Shown here: piece after piece, positions 11,774-22,515 of the stretch
Layout of the letters: each line of letters opens with the position of its first letter
How positions within the stretch are numbered: position 1 is the stretch's first letter
NCBI GenBank assembly: GCA_963721455.1
Contig: CAVRJG010000012.1
Location: 1-52,426, forward strand
DNA from: an uncultured Methanosarcinaceae archaeon
Lineage (GTDB): Archaea > Halobacteriota > Methanosarcinia > Methanosarcinales > Methanosarcinaceae
Reading direction: 5' to 3'
Length of the DNA: 52,426 nucleotides
Made by a program: the position numbers and the translations under genes
Notes under the pieces: model-generated
The model's database searches: none
Told to the model about the DNA's origin: nothing
The model's input: only the letters and a program-made list of their open reading frames with translations

Positions 11774-11811
11774 GAAGCGACGTAACAAGGGCTACAGCCA
11801 TAGCTCGGGAT

Positions 11812-12054
11812 TTACAACAACTCAGAAATTTTGTCTGCATTCTGAAGCCCTAATAGTAGTGCACCCACGCCACGTTCTGAAAGGCGTACAAATCCCATTG
11901 AAACGCTTTTGTCCACAAGTTTAGCGCGATATAATTCATCGACTGCATTTTTATCTAGTTTTGATTGCTTTTCCCACCCTTCGTTTATACCAAGCATTCC
12001 CATTTCATACAGATGCTTAAGTATTTCGCTTTCCATAGATTCTAACATATACAT
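11812..12054 (-). CDS. Small hypothetical protein (possible winged-helix)
   Basis: 80 aa with a GGGGAG SD. The AVDELYRAKLVDK...VRLSERG pattern resembles a wHTH wing. Confidence 0.55.
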   Translation of the reverse strand: MYMLESMESEILKHLYEMGMLGINEGWEKQSKLDKNAVDELYRAKLVDKSVSMGFVRLSERGVGALLLGLQNADKISELL

Positions 12055-12757
12055 ATCTATTAACTCCCCATTTCAAATGTAACCTGCAAGATCAGTCTCT
12101 ACATGTCTCGCTTTCTGGAATCTTTTATATTTTCCCGTTTTTTTCAAGATTATCCCTTTTTCTATTAACGGCTCTGAGCCTCGCCAGAGCAATCGGTCTT
12201 GAATCACAAAAAAGCACATCAAAGAGAGATCAAAAGGAAAGCCCGAAAGAGGTATGTTCCTTTCCCGTGTCCCCCGATACATAGGAACCAGCATCTTTCA
12301 GGCAATTCTTATTCATATACCTTACCGATTATTCCTATCGGTTATTCCTCACTCTTTTGACCTATTAACTCCCGTACAATACACAATTATCCCTGTTGTT
12401 ATTTTAAATTAATTATACAAAAAAATGGTTTTTGAAAAAAAATACTTTCACATAAAAAATTATAAAGTCGAACAACAAATTAATATTAATGATGTTTATT
12501 ATTATTTTCTGGTCTTCCGATTTTTACTCTAAATCGTGCAAACAATAATATTTTGACTTGACATGTTATATTAACTCATTTTTGCAGGTATCGCAACCTA
12601 TTTTCACCCAGAAATCCAAGTCTTGAATATTTGGACCAACCTTCGGTTCAGGATAGTTCGAAAACCAGTAGCTTGAGAGTTAAATTTCTGCCAAAATAAG
12701 AAAATAAGTAGGAGCTTTAGGGAGTCACGAAGACCCCCATTTTCATGTGTTATGAAA

Positions 12758-12808
12758 TTATTTCTTTGGTTTTGGTTTCTTGTCGCCGCCCTTTGGTTTG
12801 CAAGCCAT
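12758..12808 (-). CDS. Candidate 16-aa basic micropeptide MACKPKGGDKKPKPKK
   Basis: GAGGTGA SD 4 nt before the ATG, followed by hairpins and a T-rich tract after the stop. Confidence 0.55.
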   Translation of the reverse strand: MACKPKGGDKKPKPKK

Positions 12809-13044
12809 ACGTTCACCTCTCAACAATTCTTTAATAGATTTAGGACTTATTTACTTGGTACAAAATCAAAGACAATAAACATTGTGATTTTTATGGTTTT
12901 TTAACTTTTCTTTTTTATGTCTTTTTTAGTTTTTCTATTATTACTCTACTTATTATTTTCGTTATCACTAGAATTTATCAGGAACGATTTGCATTCTTCT
13001 TCGATCTTTAATATTTTTTATTATTCCCGAAAAAATGGTGAATT

Positions 13045-14727
13045 TTAATATTTCAACGTCAACTTCATCCCGCAGAAGGGACAGAAATTAGGAGCAATGG
13101 TAAGGTTCAGATTTCTAGAACAATATGGGCAGGTTAATCCGACCCCTTTTTTTTCTATAGGATCCATGTTTTGAGGGGTTCTTGATTCCCCTGTTTCTCC
13201 AAAAGAAACTGAGAGTTCCAGTTCTTTCAGAGAATACGTATTGTGTATATTTCCGAAAAGGTTCGTAGTTCTGATCTGAACTTCAGCATCATCATTTGTC
13301 AGGCAGTTCCTCATAACTGGAGCTGCATCAGGGGTTTCCGCCTTATTGGGGGCTTTTACCTGTAACGGATTGGACTTATTAATTCTTTCGAGAGCTTTCA
13401 TTGCAGCTTTTCGTACGGAAGCGTCCGGGTTTTCAGTAGCTCTGACAAGCCCTGAAACTGCCTCTGGTGTACCTATTTTCTCAAGTGAACAAATCACAAC
13501 TTTCTGTATCAAGCTGTCAGGATCTTCAAGGACTTTTATCAGTCCCGGGACAGCCTGCTGTGCTTTGACATCCCCGAGCGCTGTAGCTGCAGATTCTCTC
13601 ACTGCCCCTCTTGTGTCATAAAGGGCTCTTAATAGGCCTGAAACAGCTTCAGGAGTGCCTGTTTTTCCAAGGCCCACAACTGCAGATTCCCTGACCGAAC
13701 TATCAGGGTCATTAAGAGCCTTCAAGAGGCCTTCTATGGCTTCAGGTGTCCCACTTTTTCCAAGAGCGCAGGTAATTGCCTTCCTTACGGAGTTCTCATA
13801 CAGATCGAAAGCTTTAACCAGCCCCATGGCTGCTTCAGGAGAACCTATGTCCCCCAGGGCATCTGCAGCGCGGCTTCTCAGATACCAGTCAGGATCATCC
13901 AGGGATTTCAAAAGCCCTGAGACTGCATCAGGTGTCCCTATCTTCCAGAGGGCCTCAATTGAAATTTTTCTCACATCTCTACTGGAAGCTTCCAGCGCCC
14001 TGACAAGTACAGGTACTGAAGTTGACGCACATACAATCTTGCATAGGGTCTCTGACGCAGCTTCCTGTATAGGCTGCCTCGGGTCCCTGAGCATTTTCAA
14101 CAGTTCGTCAAGTACATCCGATTTTCCCCTTTTTCCCAGGGTTTCGGCTGCTTGCTGCCTTACTTTGCTATCCGAACTTTCAATTGCCTTTACCAGGCAG
14201 AGAGCAGCTTCATAAGTGTCGATTTTCCCAAGGGCTATTATTGAAATCCTTTTCAGCGAATCATCCGGATAAGTCAGGGCTTTCTCAAGGCCATAAATAG
14301 CTTCTCTTGACCCGATCTTCATTAGAGATTTTACGGCCTCCTTCTGAACAAACTTATCCCTGTCCCCGAACCCTTTAATGATTCCTGAGATCGCTTCAGG
14401 TGTGCCTATTTTTTCAAGGGAAGTAATTGCAGTCTTTTTAATAGGGCTTTCAGAGTCATCAAGAGCCTTTACAAGGCCCAGAACAGCGCCCGGTGTATTG
14501 AATTTTCCCAGGGCTTCTGCAGCAGCAGCTCTTACCTTTGAGTTTGAGTCTTCCAGTGCTCCAATCAGGGCAGGTAAAGCATCAGGGTCTCCTATTTTTC
14601 CAAGTTCTTCTGCAGCAGTTGCTCTATTTCCTGCAAAAACAGAACGTTCCAACTTTTTTATCATATTTTTTGTATTTTCATCCAGTTTCCTTCCCCCCTT
14701 CGTATGAAGATTTATCCGGACTAACAT
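13045..14727 (-). CDS. HEAT (PBS lyase-type) repeat protein with C-terminal zinc ribbon
   Basis: About 14 repeats of ~31 aa (VR-AAA-ALG-IG-PEAV-GL-KAL-D) and CPYC...CPFC at the C-terminus. The start is uncertain. Confidence 0.9.
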   Translation of the reverse strand: MLVRINLHTKGGRKLDENTKNMIKKLERSVFAGNRATAAEELGKIGDPDALPALIGALEDSNSKVRAAAAEALGKFNTPGAVLGLVKALDDSESPIKKTAITSLEKIGTPEAISGIIKGFGDRDKFVQKEAVKSLMKIGSREAIYGLEKALTYPDDSLKRISIIALGKIDTYEAALCLVKAIESSDSKVRQQAAETLGKRGKSDVLDELLKMLRDPRQPIQEAASETLCKIVCASTSVPVLVRALEASSRDVRKISIEALWKIGTPDAVSGLLKSLDDPDWYLRSRAADALGDIGSPEAAMGLVKAFDLYENSVRKAITCALGKSGTPEAIEGLLKALNDPDSSVRESAVVGLGKTGTPEAVSGLLRALYDTRGAVRESAATALGDVKAQQAVPGLIKVLEDPDSLIQKVVICSLEKIGTPEAVSGLVRATENPDASVRKAAMKALERINKSNPLQVKAPNKAETPDAAPVMRNCLTNDDAEVQIRTTNLFGNIHNTYSLKELELSVSFGETGESRTPQNMDPIEKKGVGLTCPYCSRNLNLTIAPNFCPFCGMKLTLKY

Positions 14728-15147
14728 TAAAATAAAATATTTTATTGGCTTACAGGTCTATTAGCTTAAAATAAATAAAATGTCTTTCAACATATTAATT
14801 CTAAAATTGGCACTTTCATCCGGAGTCTTTTAATACCGTTGCCCTGTAATTCATTTACATCTGGACTCATCAATTTAAGTTAGGGCTTGAAAAACTTCAA
14901 ATTCCCCTCTTTATACCACATAAACTCAGCCCTTAACATTCTGTATTTTTAAATATATTACATTCGAAGATATATGAACTTTTAGATTGTTAACAATAAA
15001 TAATTTATAAATGTCAGTTCCAGTGACCTTCCAAGGAAAAGCAAATCAGAGAAATAAATCCAGATAGATCAAAGAAAAGTAAAAGGTAAATTGAGAAAAA
15101 AGGTAAATTGAGAAAAAAGGTAATAAGGGAACTTCTACGGCAAAAAG

Positions 15148-15858
15148 TCAATAAAGAGATACAGTAAGAGAAGGGAAGTAATAGTGAGCTGCGAGCAGGA
15201 TAAGCAAACCAGCTGCCGGCACTGTTATATTATCGTCTATTCCCTCTATTCGTTCCACAAGTGAACATACTATTCCTGCAAAAATCCCGGCAAATCCCAT
15301 TTTTGCGCCGATGATCATGCACATCACGAACATACCTGCAGTGCCTTCCCAGGCTTTTGTCCTTTTGTTGTACTTAAGGTTTCTTATCACTCCCGTAATC
15401 CCGTCTCCATATGCCATAAAGAGCACAGGAACCACTCCAAGCCAGAAACTCCTGTCAACATACCAGGTAAAAAGAATTATCAATCCCCAGCTCAGCGTGA
15501 AATCGACATCATAGAGGTTTTCAGGGTCTTGAAACCAGTACATCCGCCTGTTGAGTTTATGCGGCAGATACGTCATAAAAGCAAGCCCAAAAGCAGTAAC
15601 TGCCGGCAGAACAGGTTCATGGGCAATAAAGGGGAGTAGCATTGCTGTCAATCCGCCCGCTAAAAAGTGAATTGCCTTTCTCGAAAAATATATTGAAGAA
15701 TTGGTCGACCTTCCCTTTTTTAAAGAAAGTTGGTACACTTTTTTTGATAGAACCAGGAGGACGAATAAGTTCCATACTGCAATTACCGCAAATACAGGCA
15801 GGTCTGCAACTATGGATTCCCATGAAATTTGAAGCACAGCTTCCATGATACAATCCAT
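15148..15858 (-). CDS. Dolichol/phytol kinase-like membrane protein (CTP-dependent)
   Basis: SRKAIHFLAGG, MAYGDGITGVI, KAWEGTAG and DDNITVP motifs in a multi-TM protein. Confidence 0.8.
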   Translation of the reverse strand: MDCIMEAVLQISWESIVADLPVFAVIAVWNLFVLLVLSKKVYQLSLKKGRSTNSSIYFSRKAIHFLAGGLTAMLLPFIAHEPVLPAVTAFGLAFMTYLPHKLNRRMYWFQDPENLYDVDFTLSWGLIILFTWYVDRSFWLGVVPVLFMAYGDGITGVIRNLKYNKRTKAWEGTAGMFVMCMIIGAKMGFAGIFAGIVCSLVERIEGIDDNITVPAAGLLILLAAHYYFPSLTVSLY

Positions 15859-16064
15859 ATCTTTTACATATAAAACTTTTTTGAATTTATGGCATTTCTG
15901 CTGAGTAGAATTTACCAGGAGTCATTCCCTGGTGATAAGATTTGATTCCTGAATTCTTTTTTAAATTTAATATTTTCCTCACTTTTATATTTCTATCTTT
16001 TTTTAAATAAAAATAGAAATGTCTATATATTTTATAATCTTCACAATGTTAATGGAGGACCTAT

Positions 16065-16811
16065 ATGAGATTCAACAAGCAGATCTTTAAAATCCTTATT
16101 CTATCTCTTTCACTGGCCCTTGTCGGGAGCGGGTGCATCTCCGAAGGTGAAGGAGCAAAGGACAATAACACACAAGAAATAACTGAAAGTGAGTTTTCGA
16201 ATGTAAGGGAAAACCCCGTGACACCATGGAACTCTAAGCCTACAGCGCCTTTAATTGACTCCACAGCCTATGTTGATCCCCAGGCTTCAGTCATAGGAAA
16301 CGTGACAATTGGCGGCAATGTGATGATTTCCCCAATGGCATCTGTGCGGGGCGACGAAGGAATGCCTATTTTCGTAGGGAAAAATAGCAACGTGCAGGAC
16401 GGAGTTGTGCTCCATGGCCTTGAGACTATAGATGAGGAAGGCGAGCCTGTAGAAAAGAACCTGGTTGAAGTTGGCGGCGAAAAATACGCGGTCTATATAG
16501 GAGAAAATGTTTCACTTGCCCACCAATCTCAGGTTCACGGTCCTGCTTCTGTAGGCAACGAAACCTTTATTGGTATGCAGGCTTTAGTTTTCAAGGCGAA
16601 AGTGGGAAACAACTGCGTACTTGAGCCGACATCAGCAGCAATTGGCGTAACCATTCCTGATGGCAGGTATATCCCCGCAGGCACGGTTATCACCTCCCAG
16701 GCAGAAGCCGACAAGCTGCCAGAAGTTACCGAGGACTATGCATACAGGCACACGAATGAAGCCGTAGTATATGTAAACACCAACCTGGCAGAAGGGTACA
16801 ACGCAGCTTAA
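16065..16811 (+). CDS. cam: Gamma-class carbonic anhydrase Cam with signal peptide
   Basis: Close match to M. thermophila Cam: NVRENPVTPWN, R-x-DEGMP, NVQDGVVLH, SLAHQSQVHGPA and HTNEAVVYVN. Confidence 0.95.
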   Translation: MRFNKQIFKILILSLSLALVGSGCISEGEGAKDNNTQEITESEFSNVRENPVTPWNSKPTAPLIDSTAYVDPQASVIGNVTIGGNVMISPMASVRGDEGMPIFVGKNSNVQDGVVLHGLETIDEEGEPVEKNLVEVGGEKYAVYIGENVSLAHQSQVHGPASVGNETFIGMQALVFKAKVGNNCVLEPTSAAIGVTIPDGRYIPAGTVITSQAEADKLPEVTEDYAYRHTNEAVVYVNTNLAEGYNAA

Positions 16812-16999
16812 AATTCAGGAGTAGAATCGCAGCAACAAAATGTAGCCAATTTTTTCAAGTTAAAGAGCTTTATTCAACCTAATCTTTGCCCGGAATTTCT
16901 TCCTTCCGGGTAATAACTTTTCTTTGCGTCGGGATATTTCCTGGGAGTTTCTCTCCACTCGATACATATTCTCCAAGAAGTTTCTTTCCAATCTTTATA

Positions 17000-18206
17000 T
17001 CATTCGTCCAGTCCTTTTCTTCCGAAAATGTAATTTGCAACCCTGATGGCATCTTTTTCTCCGGTCTCTTTTTCCGGGGAATCACTCAGTTTCACTACAG
17101 GAATGCCATTAATGCTGTGCAGTTTTATTACCATGTTAAGAGGGGGGCTTTCTCGGAAGAAATCCGAATTATTGGTCAGACTTGTACCTATGCCGAAACT
17201 GCAGTTAATTTTGCCTTCGCAGTATTTTTGGAGCCGGGTTGCAGTATCTGCATCAAGGGCATCACTGAAAACGATTAGTTTTTTCATGGGATCTATGCCC
17301 ATTTTCCTGTAATGCCCTATAACCGTGTCCACAAAATCATAAGGGTCTCCGCTGTCGTGCCTGAAGCCGTCGTAAATTTTCGATAGCTTAAGGTCCATGT
17401 CCTTAAAAAATGCATCTGAGCCGAAAGTGTCCGTAAGGGCAATCCCCAGGTCTCCTTTGTAGACCTCTACCCAGTTTTCAAAGGCGAAACGGTTTGCGTA
17501 CCTGAGCCCTACAAGAGCCGAGGTGCCCATAATCCATTCGTGTCCAACGGTCCCTATCGGTTTCAGGCCGTATTTCTTTGCAAAATATACATTGCTTGTT
17601 CCTGTAAGAGTTTTTATCTGAATGAGGGCTTTCATTACACGGTCATGGAGTTCGGAACTTCTTCGCCTCCGGGTTCCGAATTCCGAAAAAAGGCAGTCAT
17701 TTTCCTCAAGGGCTTTTCCTATTTCAAGGATTTTTTCCCCGTAGGCGGCAAGTAAGGATTCGGATGTGCAGCCATTTTCGGAATTCCCTTTCCACTCTTT
17801 TTCAATAGTTGTGAAATAGAGTTCAGAAACCGCAGCCATAAGGATAATCTCCCAGAGAATCGTGCTGTGCCAGGGTCCTTTTATCCGGATATCCAGCTCT
17901 TTTTTCTTCTGTAAGGCAGACTTTTACTTCGCCTGGCTTAAAGCGGAAGTTTTTAAGGTATTCAAGGTACATGGGTTTCAGGTAAGGGCAGTGCTCGGAA
18001 AGCCAGTAATATTCTTCTTCTGTTAACTTTAATTTCGGGATCTCTTCGCCTATGATTCTCTCCAGTTCTTCTACAAATTCCGTAGAAAAGCGCTGTGGTC
18101 CCCGGTTGGTAAACCGGTACTCGGCCTCTGCTTTGGGAAAAAGTTCAAGCACTGCGAGTTGCATCGTAAATTTGTAAAGGTCGTTATCGAGTATTGAGTT
18201 TATCAC
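17000..18206 (-). CDS. pncB: Nicotinate phosphoribosyltransferase, split by a 1-bp insertion in an A6 run (17900-17905)
   Basis: [38 protein letters not shown] and RHDSGDP motifs. Removing one A joins the two ORFs ([21 protein letters not shown]). Confidence 0.9.
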
Positions 18207-18472
18207 TGAGGGTCTTCCTGTAACGTTTTAAATTGCTTCTTAAGCAACATTTGTCTCTTTTATCCAGATACACCTTTTTTACTTCACGTATCTAGCCTGC
18301 TATAATAGCCTGCTATATTTTAAAAATTTCTGACATTCAGGGATAAAGTCAAGTTTTCTTTATTAATTTCCGGAAAATCCGGATTATTTCTCTGATCTTC
18401 CCGCCAAACAAATAATTACCGGAAAAGCAAATACTTATTCCGGAGATTAATTTTGACAGGGATTTTGGGGAG

Positions 18473-19657
18473 ATGGAAAAAGAAGTGAAATTCGCAACAA
18501 AATGCGTACATGCAGCAGAAAAGCCAGACCCGGCTTTCGGGGCGCATACGACTCCGATATTCCAGACTTCAACGTTTATTTTCGAAGATGTCAGGCAGGG
18601 GGCGGCAAGGTTTGCAGGAGAGGAAGCCGGATACGTGTATATCCGGATCCCTCCCAATACACCAACACATGCTGTTCTGGCTGAAAAATTTGCTGCTCTT
18701 GAAGGAGGAGAAGCAGGGCAGACTTTTGCCTCGGGAATGGCGGCAATCACCGCAGTCGTGCTCACTGTCCTGAAACAGGGAGACCACCTCATCTCAACGG
18801 ATGTGATATACGGCTGCACCTACAGTCTCTTTTCCGAGGTTTTACCGGGGCTTGGAATAGATGTCAGCTTCGTCGATACCTCTAAAATAGAAAATGTGAA
18901 GAAAGCCTTCAAACCAGAGACGAAAATGGTCTTTCTTGAGACTCCTGCCAACCCTACGATGGCTGTCTGCGATATCACTGAAATTTCCGGACTGGCAAAG
19001 GAGTATGGGGCCCTCTGTGTTGTAGATAATACTTTTGCAACGCCTTATTTCCAGAGGCCTCTGGAACTTGGTGCGGATGTTTCCCTGAGCAGCTGCACAA
19101 AATATATAGGCGGGCACGCAGACCTGCTTGGCGGAGTCGTTGCAGGAAATAGAGATTTCATGAAACGCCTGGCTGTGGTTGTCGGGTACACAGGAGGCAT
19201 TATGGGCCCCCATGAAGCCTGGCTTTGTATAAGAGGGCTTAAAACCCTGCATATCCGCATGGAAAGGCATGCCGAAAACGCCATGAAAGTTGCGGAATTC
19301 CTTGAGTCCAGACCCGAGGTAGAGTGGGTCAGGTATCCGGGGCTTCCAGGTAATCCTCAACACGAGCTTGCACGCAAGCAAATGAGCGGATACAGCGGCA
19401 TGCTATCTTTTGAGCTCAGGGGTGGAATTGAAGCCGGGCGGAAACTCATGGACAATGTAAGGCTCTGCTCCCTTGCTGTAAGCCTCGGGGCTACTGATAC
19501 CCTTATTCAGCATCCTGCATCGATGACTCATGCCTGCGTCCCACTTGCAGTAAGAAAGAGAGTAGGCATCACTGATGGACTTGTCAGGATCTCGGTAGGG
19601 ATCGAAGACCCGGAGGACATAATTGCAGATCTCAAACAGGCCCTTGGAACGATTTAA
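18473..19657 (+). CDS. PLP-dependent trans-sulfuration enzyme (methionine gamma-lyase / cystathionine gamma-synthase family)
   Basis: TPIFQTSTF, FASGMAAI, YGCT, LETPANP, DNTFATP, SCTKYIGGHAD and AVSLG motifs. Confidence 0.9.
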   Translation: MEKEVKFATKCVHAAEKPDPAFGAHTTPIFQTSTFIFEDVRQGAARFAGEEAGYVYIRIPPNTPTHAVLAEKFAALEGGEAGQTFASGMAAITAVVLTVLKQGDHLISTDVIYGCTYSLFSEVLPGLGIDVSFVDTSKIENVKKAFKPETKMVFLETPANPTMAVCDITEISGLAKEYGALCVVDNTFATPYFQRPLELGADVSLSSCTKYIGGHADLLGGVVAGNRDFMKRLAVVVGYTGGIMGPHEAWLCIRGLKTLHIRMERHAENAMKVAEFLESRPEVEWVRYPGLPGNPQHELARKQMSGYSGMLSFELRGGIEAGRKLMDNVRLCSLAVSLGATDTLIQHPASMTHACVPLAVRKRVGITDGLVRISVGIEDPEDIIADLKQALGTI

Positions 19658-19796
19658 GCTTGCCAGATCAGGGGCAGCTTTACATGTTTTATTTTCGGAA
19701 TCAGACAAGGTATATTTGCTGCAGGAATAATCTTTTATCTGCAAAGTTAAAACGCAAGATTAAAACCGTAACATTAGAACCCTGGGGGAATTTCAT

Positions 19797-20297
19797 ATGA
19801 AAGCACTTGTATTCGGAGCCGATGGTTTTGAAGATCTTGAACTTTTCTACCCTTACCACCGCCTGAAAGAAGAAGGAATTACAACACATGTAGCCTCGAT
19901 GAAGAAAGGACCGATTACTGGAAAACACGGGTATGAGATCGATGCTGATATCGCCTTCAAGGATATTAACCCTGCAGATTACGATATTCTCGTAATATCC
20001 GGAGGAAAAGGACCCGAAAAAATGAGGCTTGACAAGGACGCACTTGAGATTACAAGACACTTTTTCAAAGAAAACAAGCCGGTTGCTGCAATCTGCCACG
20101 GCCCACAGGTTCTTGTCTCGGCAGGAGTCATAAAAGGCAGGAAAGCAACCTGCTGGATAGGGATAAGGGACGACATTATAGCCGCAGGAGCACTTTACGA
20201 AGACAGCGAAGTTGTTATTGACGGGAATTTTGTATCATCAAGAAACCCTTCTGACCTTTACGCTTTTGGAAGGGAAATGATTAAACTATTGAAATAA
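19797..20297 (+). CDS. pfpI: PfpI/DJ-1 family protease/deglycase
   Basis: GFEDLEL, ISGGKGPE, AAICHGPQ and SSRNPSD motifs. Confidence 0.9.
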   Translation: MKALVFGADGFEDLELFYPYHRLKEEGITTHVASMKKGPITGKHGYEIDADIAFKDINPADYDILVISGGKGPEKMRLDKDALEITRHFFKENKPVAAICHGPQVLVSAGVIKGRKATCWIGIRDDIIAAGALYEDSEVVIDGNFVSSRNPSDLYAFGREMIKLLK

Positions 20298-20745
20298 TTG
20301 GGAATAAGCTGTTTTTAGGAGTGTAGGGTCCTGGGGGTGTTAGACAAAATAACCATTACAATAACATTTAGTTTTTAAAGTCAACAAAATAAACTTGAAA
20401 TATTTTAAGATGTTTTAAGTAAACTAGCTTCTATATAAGATAGTTTAGGAACCAGGTGACGTGGTGTCAGTCTTAACATTTGTAGAATTGATTGTCCTCG
20501 GGATATATAGAACAGACTGCCCCAGCACCTGTTTTAGTATTTTGTTATTCAGGCTTAAAGACCATTAGGTCCTTTCTTCTTTAATCTTTGAATGTATGGT
20601 AACCTAATGACCTCGCCGTTTTAAAAATATTTTCAGATTGGGATTACAAGCTGTTCGTAAAACCGATAGATGCCCCTCACTTCATTGAGGGGAGTAGTTA
20701 CCGGAGACTGAAGCCTGCTGAATATTCACAGGAGAAGAGATTTTT

Positions 20746-22413
20746 GTGTGGGGAACAGAAGAAGGGTTGGATTTTCTGGTAAGTGAAACCCTTAAAGCCA
20801 GGTATCTGCGCGAAGGGGAAAAGGATTGGGAGGATATTTGCGAGAGGGTGGCAAAGGCAATTGCAATAACTGAAGAAGAACATCTGGAATTTAAGGACCT
20901 GATAGTCAGAAAGATTTTTCTCCCGAGTTCGCCCACGCTCATGAACGCGGGCACCGACTTCGGGCAGCTTGCAGCCTGTTTTGTAATTCCTGTGGAGGAC
21001 AGCATCGAGGAGATTTTCGATGCCGTCAAAACAACAGCCCTGATCCAGAAAACCGGAGGAGGCACAGGGTTTGATTTTTCAAAGATACGCCCGGACGGTT
21101 CTCCCAGCCTTTGCGCTGATGGAGCTGCCAGTGGTCCTGTAGCCGTCATGAAACTTTTTAATGAGGCAACCGAGATTGTAAAACAGTTCGGAAGGCGCAG
21201 AGGGGCTAATATGGGCATCCTCAATGTTTCACATAATGATATCGTTTCTTTCATCAGGGCAAAGCATGTTGAAGGAGAATTGAGCAACTTTAATCTCTCG
21301 GTTCTGGTTCCTGATGCTTTCATGGAGCTTGTTGAAGCAGATAGGGCCTATGAGGTGTGGAACAGGCAAACAGGCATGACTGCAGGCTACATATTTTCCG
21401 AGATTGTCGAGGGGATCTGGAGAAACGGCGAACCAGGTATTCTTTTTTATGACCGCATAAACAGGGACAACTTCACGCCTGCACTTGGCGACATCTCTGC
21501 CACGAACCCATGTGGAGAAGAGCCGCTTCTGCCTTTTGAATCATGCAACCTGGGCAGCATAAACCTCTCCCTTTTCGTTAAAGACGGAAAAGTCAACTGG
21601 GACCTTCTCAGGGAAGTAACCGGAAAAGCTGTCCGTTTCCTGGATAATGAGATTGATATGAATACATACCCTGTTCCGGAAATTGAGGCTGCGACAAAAA
21701 GGACAAGGAAAGTAGGGCTTGGAGTTATGGGCTTTCATGATATGCTTTTAAAGCTTGGGCTGCCCTATGACTCCTCAGAGGCCCTCGAGCTTGCGGAAAA
21801 GCTTATGGAACAGATTAGCTGGGCTGCAGTCAGAGAATCAAGAAAGCTTGCTGCAGAAAAAGAGCCTTTTCCTGAACATGAAAATTCCACCTGGGAACTT
21901 CCTATGAGAAACGCTGCATTAACCGCAGTCGCTCCGACAGGCACAATCAGTATTCTTGCCGGTTGTTCTGCAGGAATTGAGCCTATTTTCAGCTGGGTAT
22001 ACAGGCGGACCCGGACAATAGGAAAAGAATTTATGCTTGTTCATCCGTTTTTTGAGGCACATTTCATGCCAAAACTACCGGAAGTTGACTACAACTGGCT
22101 TCTCGAGCATGTCTATAAGCACGGCACCCTGCAGAATGTGGAAAACCCGAAACTTGTAAGTGAGGAAGAAAAGCGGATCTTCAGGTCAGCGCTTGATATT
22201 GACTGGAAGGCTCATATTGATGTGCAGGCGGCTTTTCAAAGGCACTGCCATGCCGGAATTTCGAAAACAATCAATATGCCTGATTATACAGGAAAAGAGG
22301 ATGTCAAACAGGCTTTGATTTATGCCTGGAAGCAGGGGCTTAAAGGGCTTACCATCTACAGGACCGGAAGCAGGCAGCGTGTGGTTCTCAGCCTGAAGAA
22401 ATCTGAAAGCTGA
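20746..22413 (+). CDS. nrdJ: Adenosylcobalamin-dependent (class II) ribonucleotide reductase
   Basis: PSSPTLMNAG, AACF, GGGTG, RRGANM, TNPCGEEPL, CNLGS, APTGTIS and ISKTIN motifs. Confidence 0.9.
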   Translation: MWGTEEGLDFLVSETLKARYLREGEKDWEDICERVAKAIAITEEEHLEFKDLIVRKIFLPSSPTLMNAGTDFGQLAACFVIPVEDSIEEIFDAVKTTALIQKTGGGTGFDFSKIRPDGSPSLCADGAASGPVAVMKLFNEATEIVKQFGRRRGANMGILNVSHNDIVSFIRAKHVEGELSNFNLSVLVPDAFMELVEADRAYEVWNRQTGMTAGYIFSEIVEGIWRNGEPGILFYDRINRDNFTPALGDISATNPCGEEPLLPFESCNLGSINLSLFVKDGKVNWDLLREVTGKAVRFLDNEIDMNTYPVPEIEAATKRTRKVGLGVMGFHDMLLKLGLPYDSSEALELAEKLMEQISWAAVRESRKLAAEKEPFPEHENSTWELPMRNAALTAVAPTGTISILAGCSAGIEPIFSWVYRRTRTIGKEFMLVHPFFEAHFMPKLPEVDYNWLLEHVYKHGTLQNVENPKLVSEEEKRIFRSALDIDWKAHIDVQAAFQRHCHAGISKTINMPDYTGKEDVKQALIYAWKQGLKGLTIYRTGSRQRVVLSLKKSES

Positions 22414-22515
22414 ACTTATAGCCGGTAAAAACTCAGTAAAAACAACTTTATAATAAATATTAAAGAGTGTTATCTTACTAAAAATATATATACATTCATT
22501 TCCTCTAAATTATCT

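Noticed and set aside
17895-17910. AAAAAAG in pncB as a programmed -1 frameshift site
   Set aside because: The run is phased GAA AAA AGA rather than A AAA AAG, and repair needs a +1 shift. A homopolymer error is simpler.
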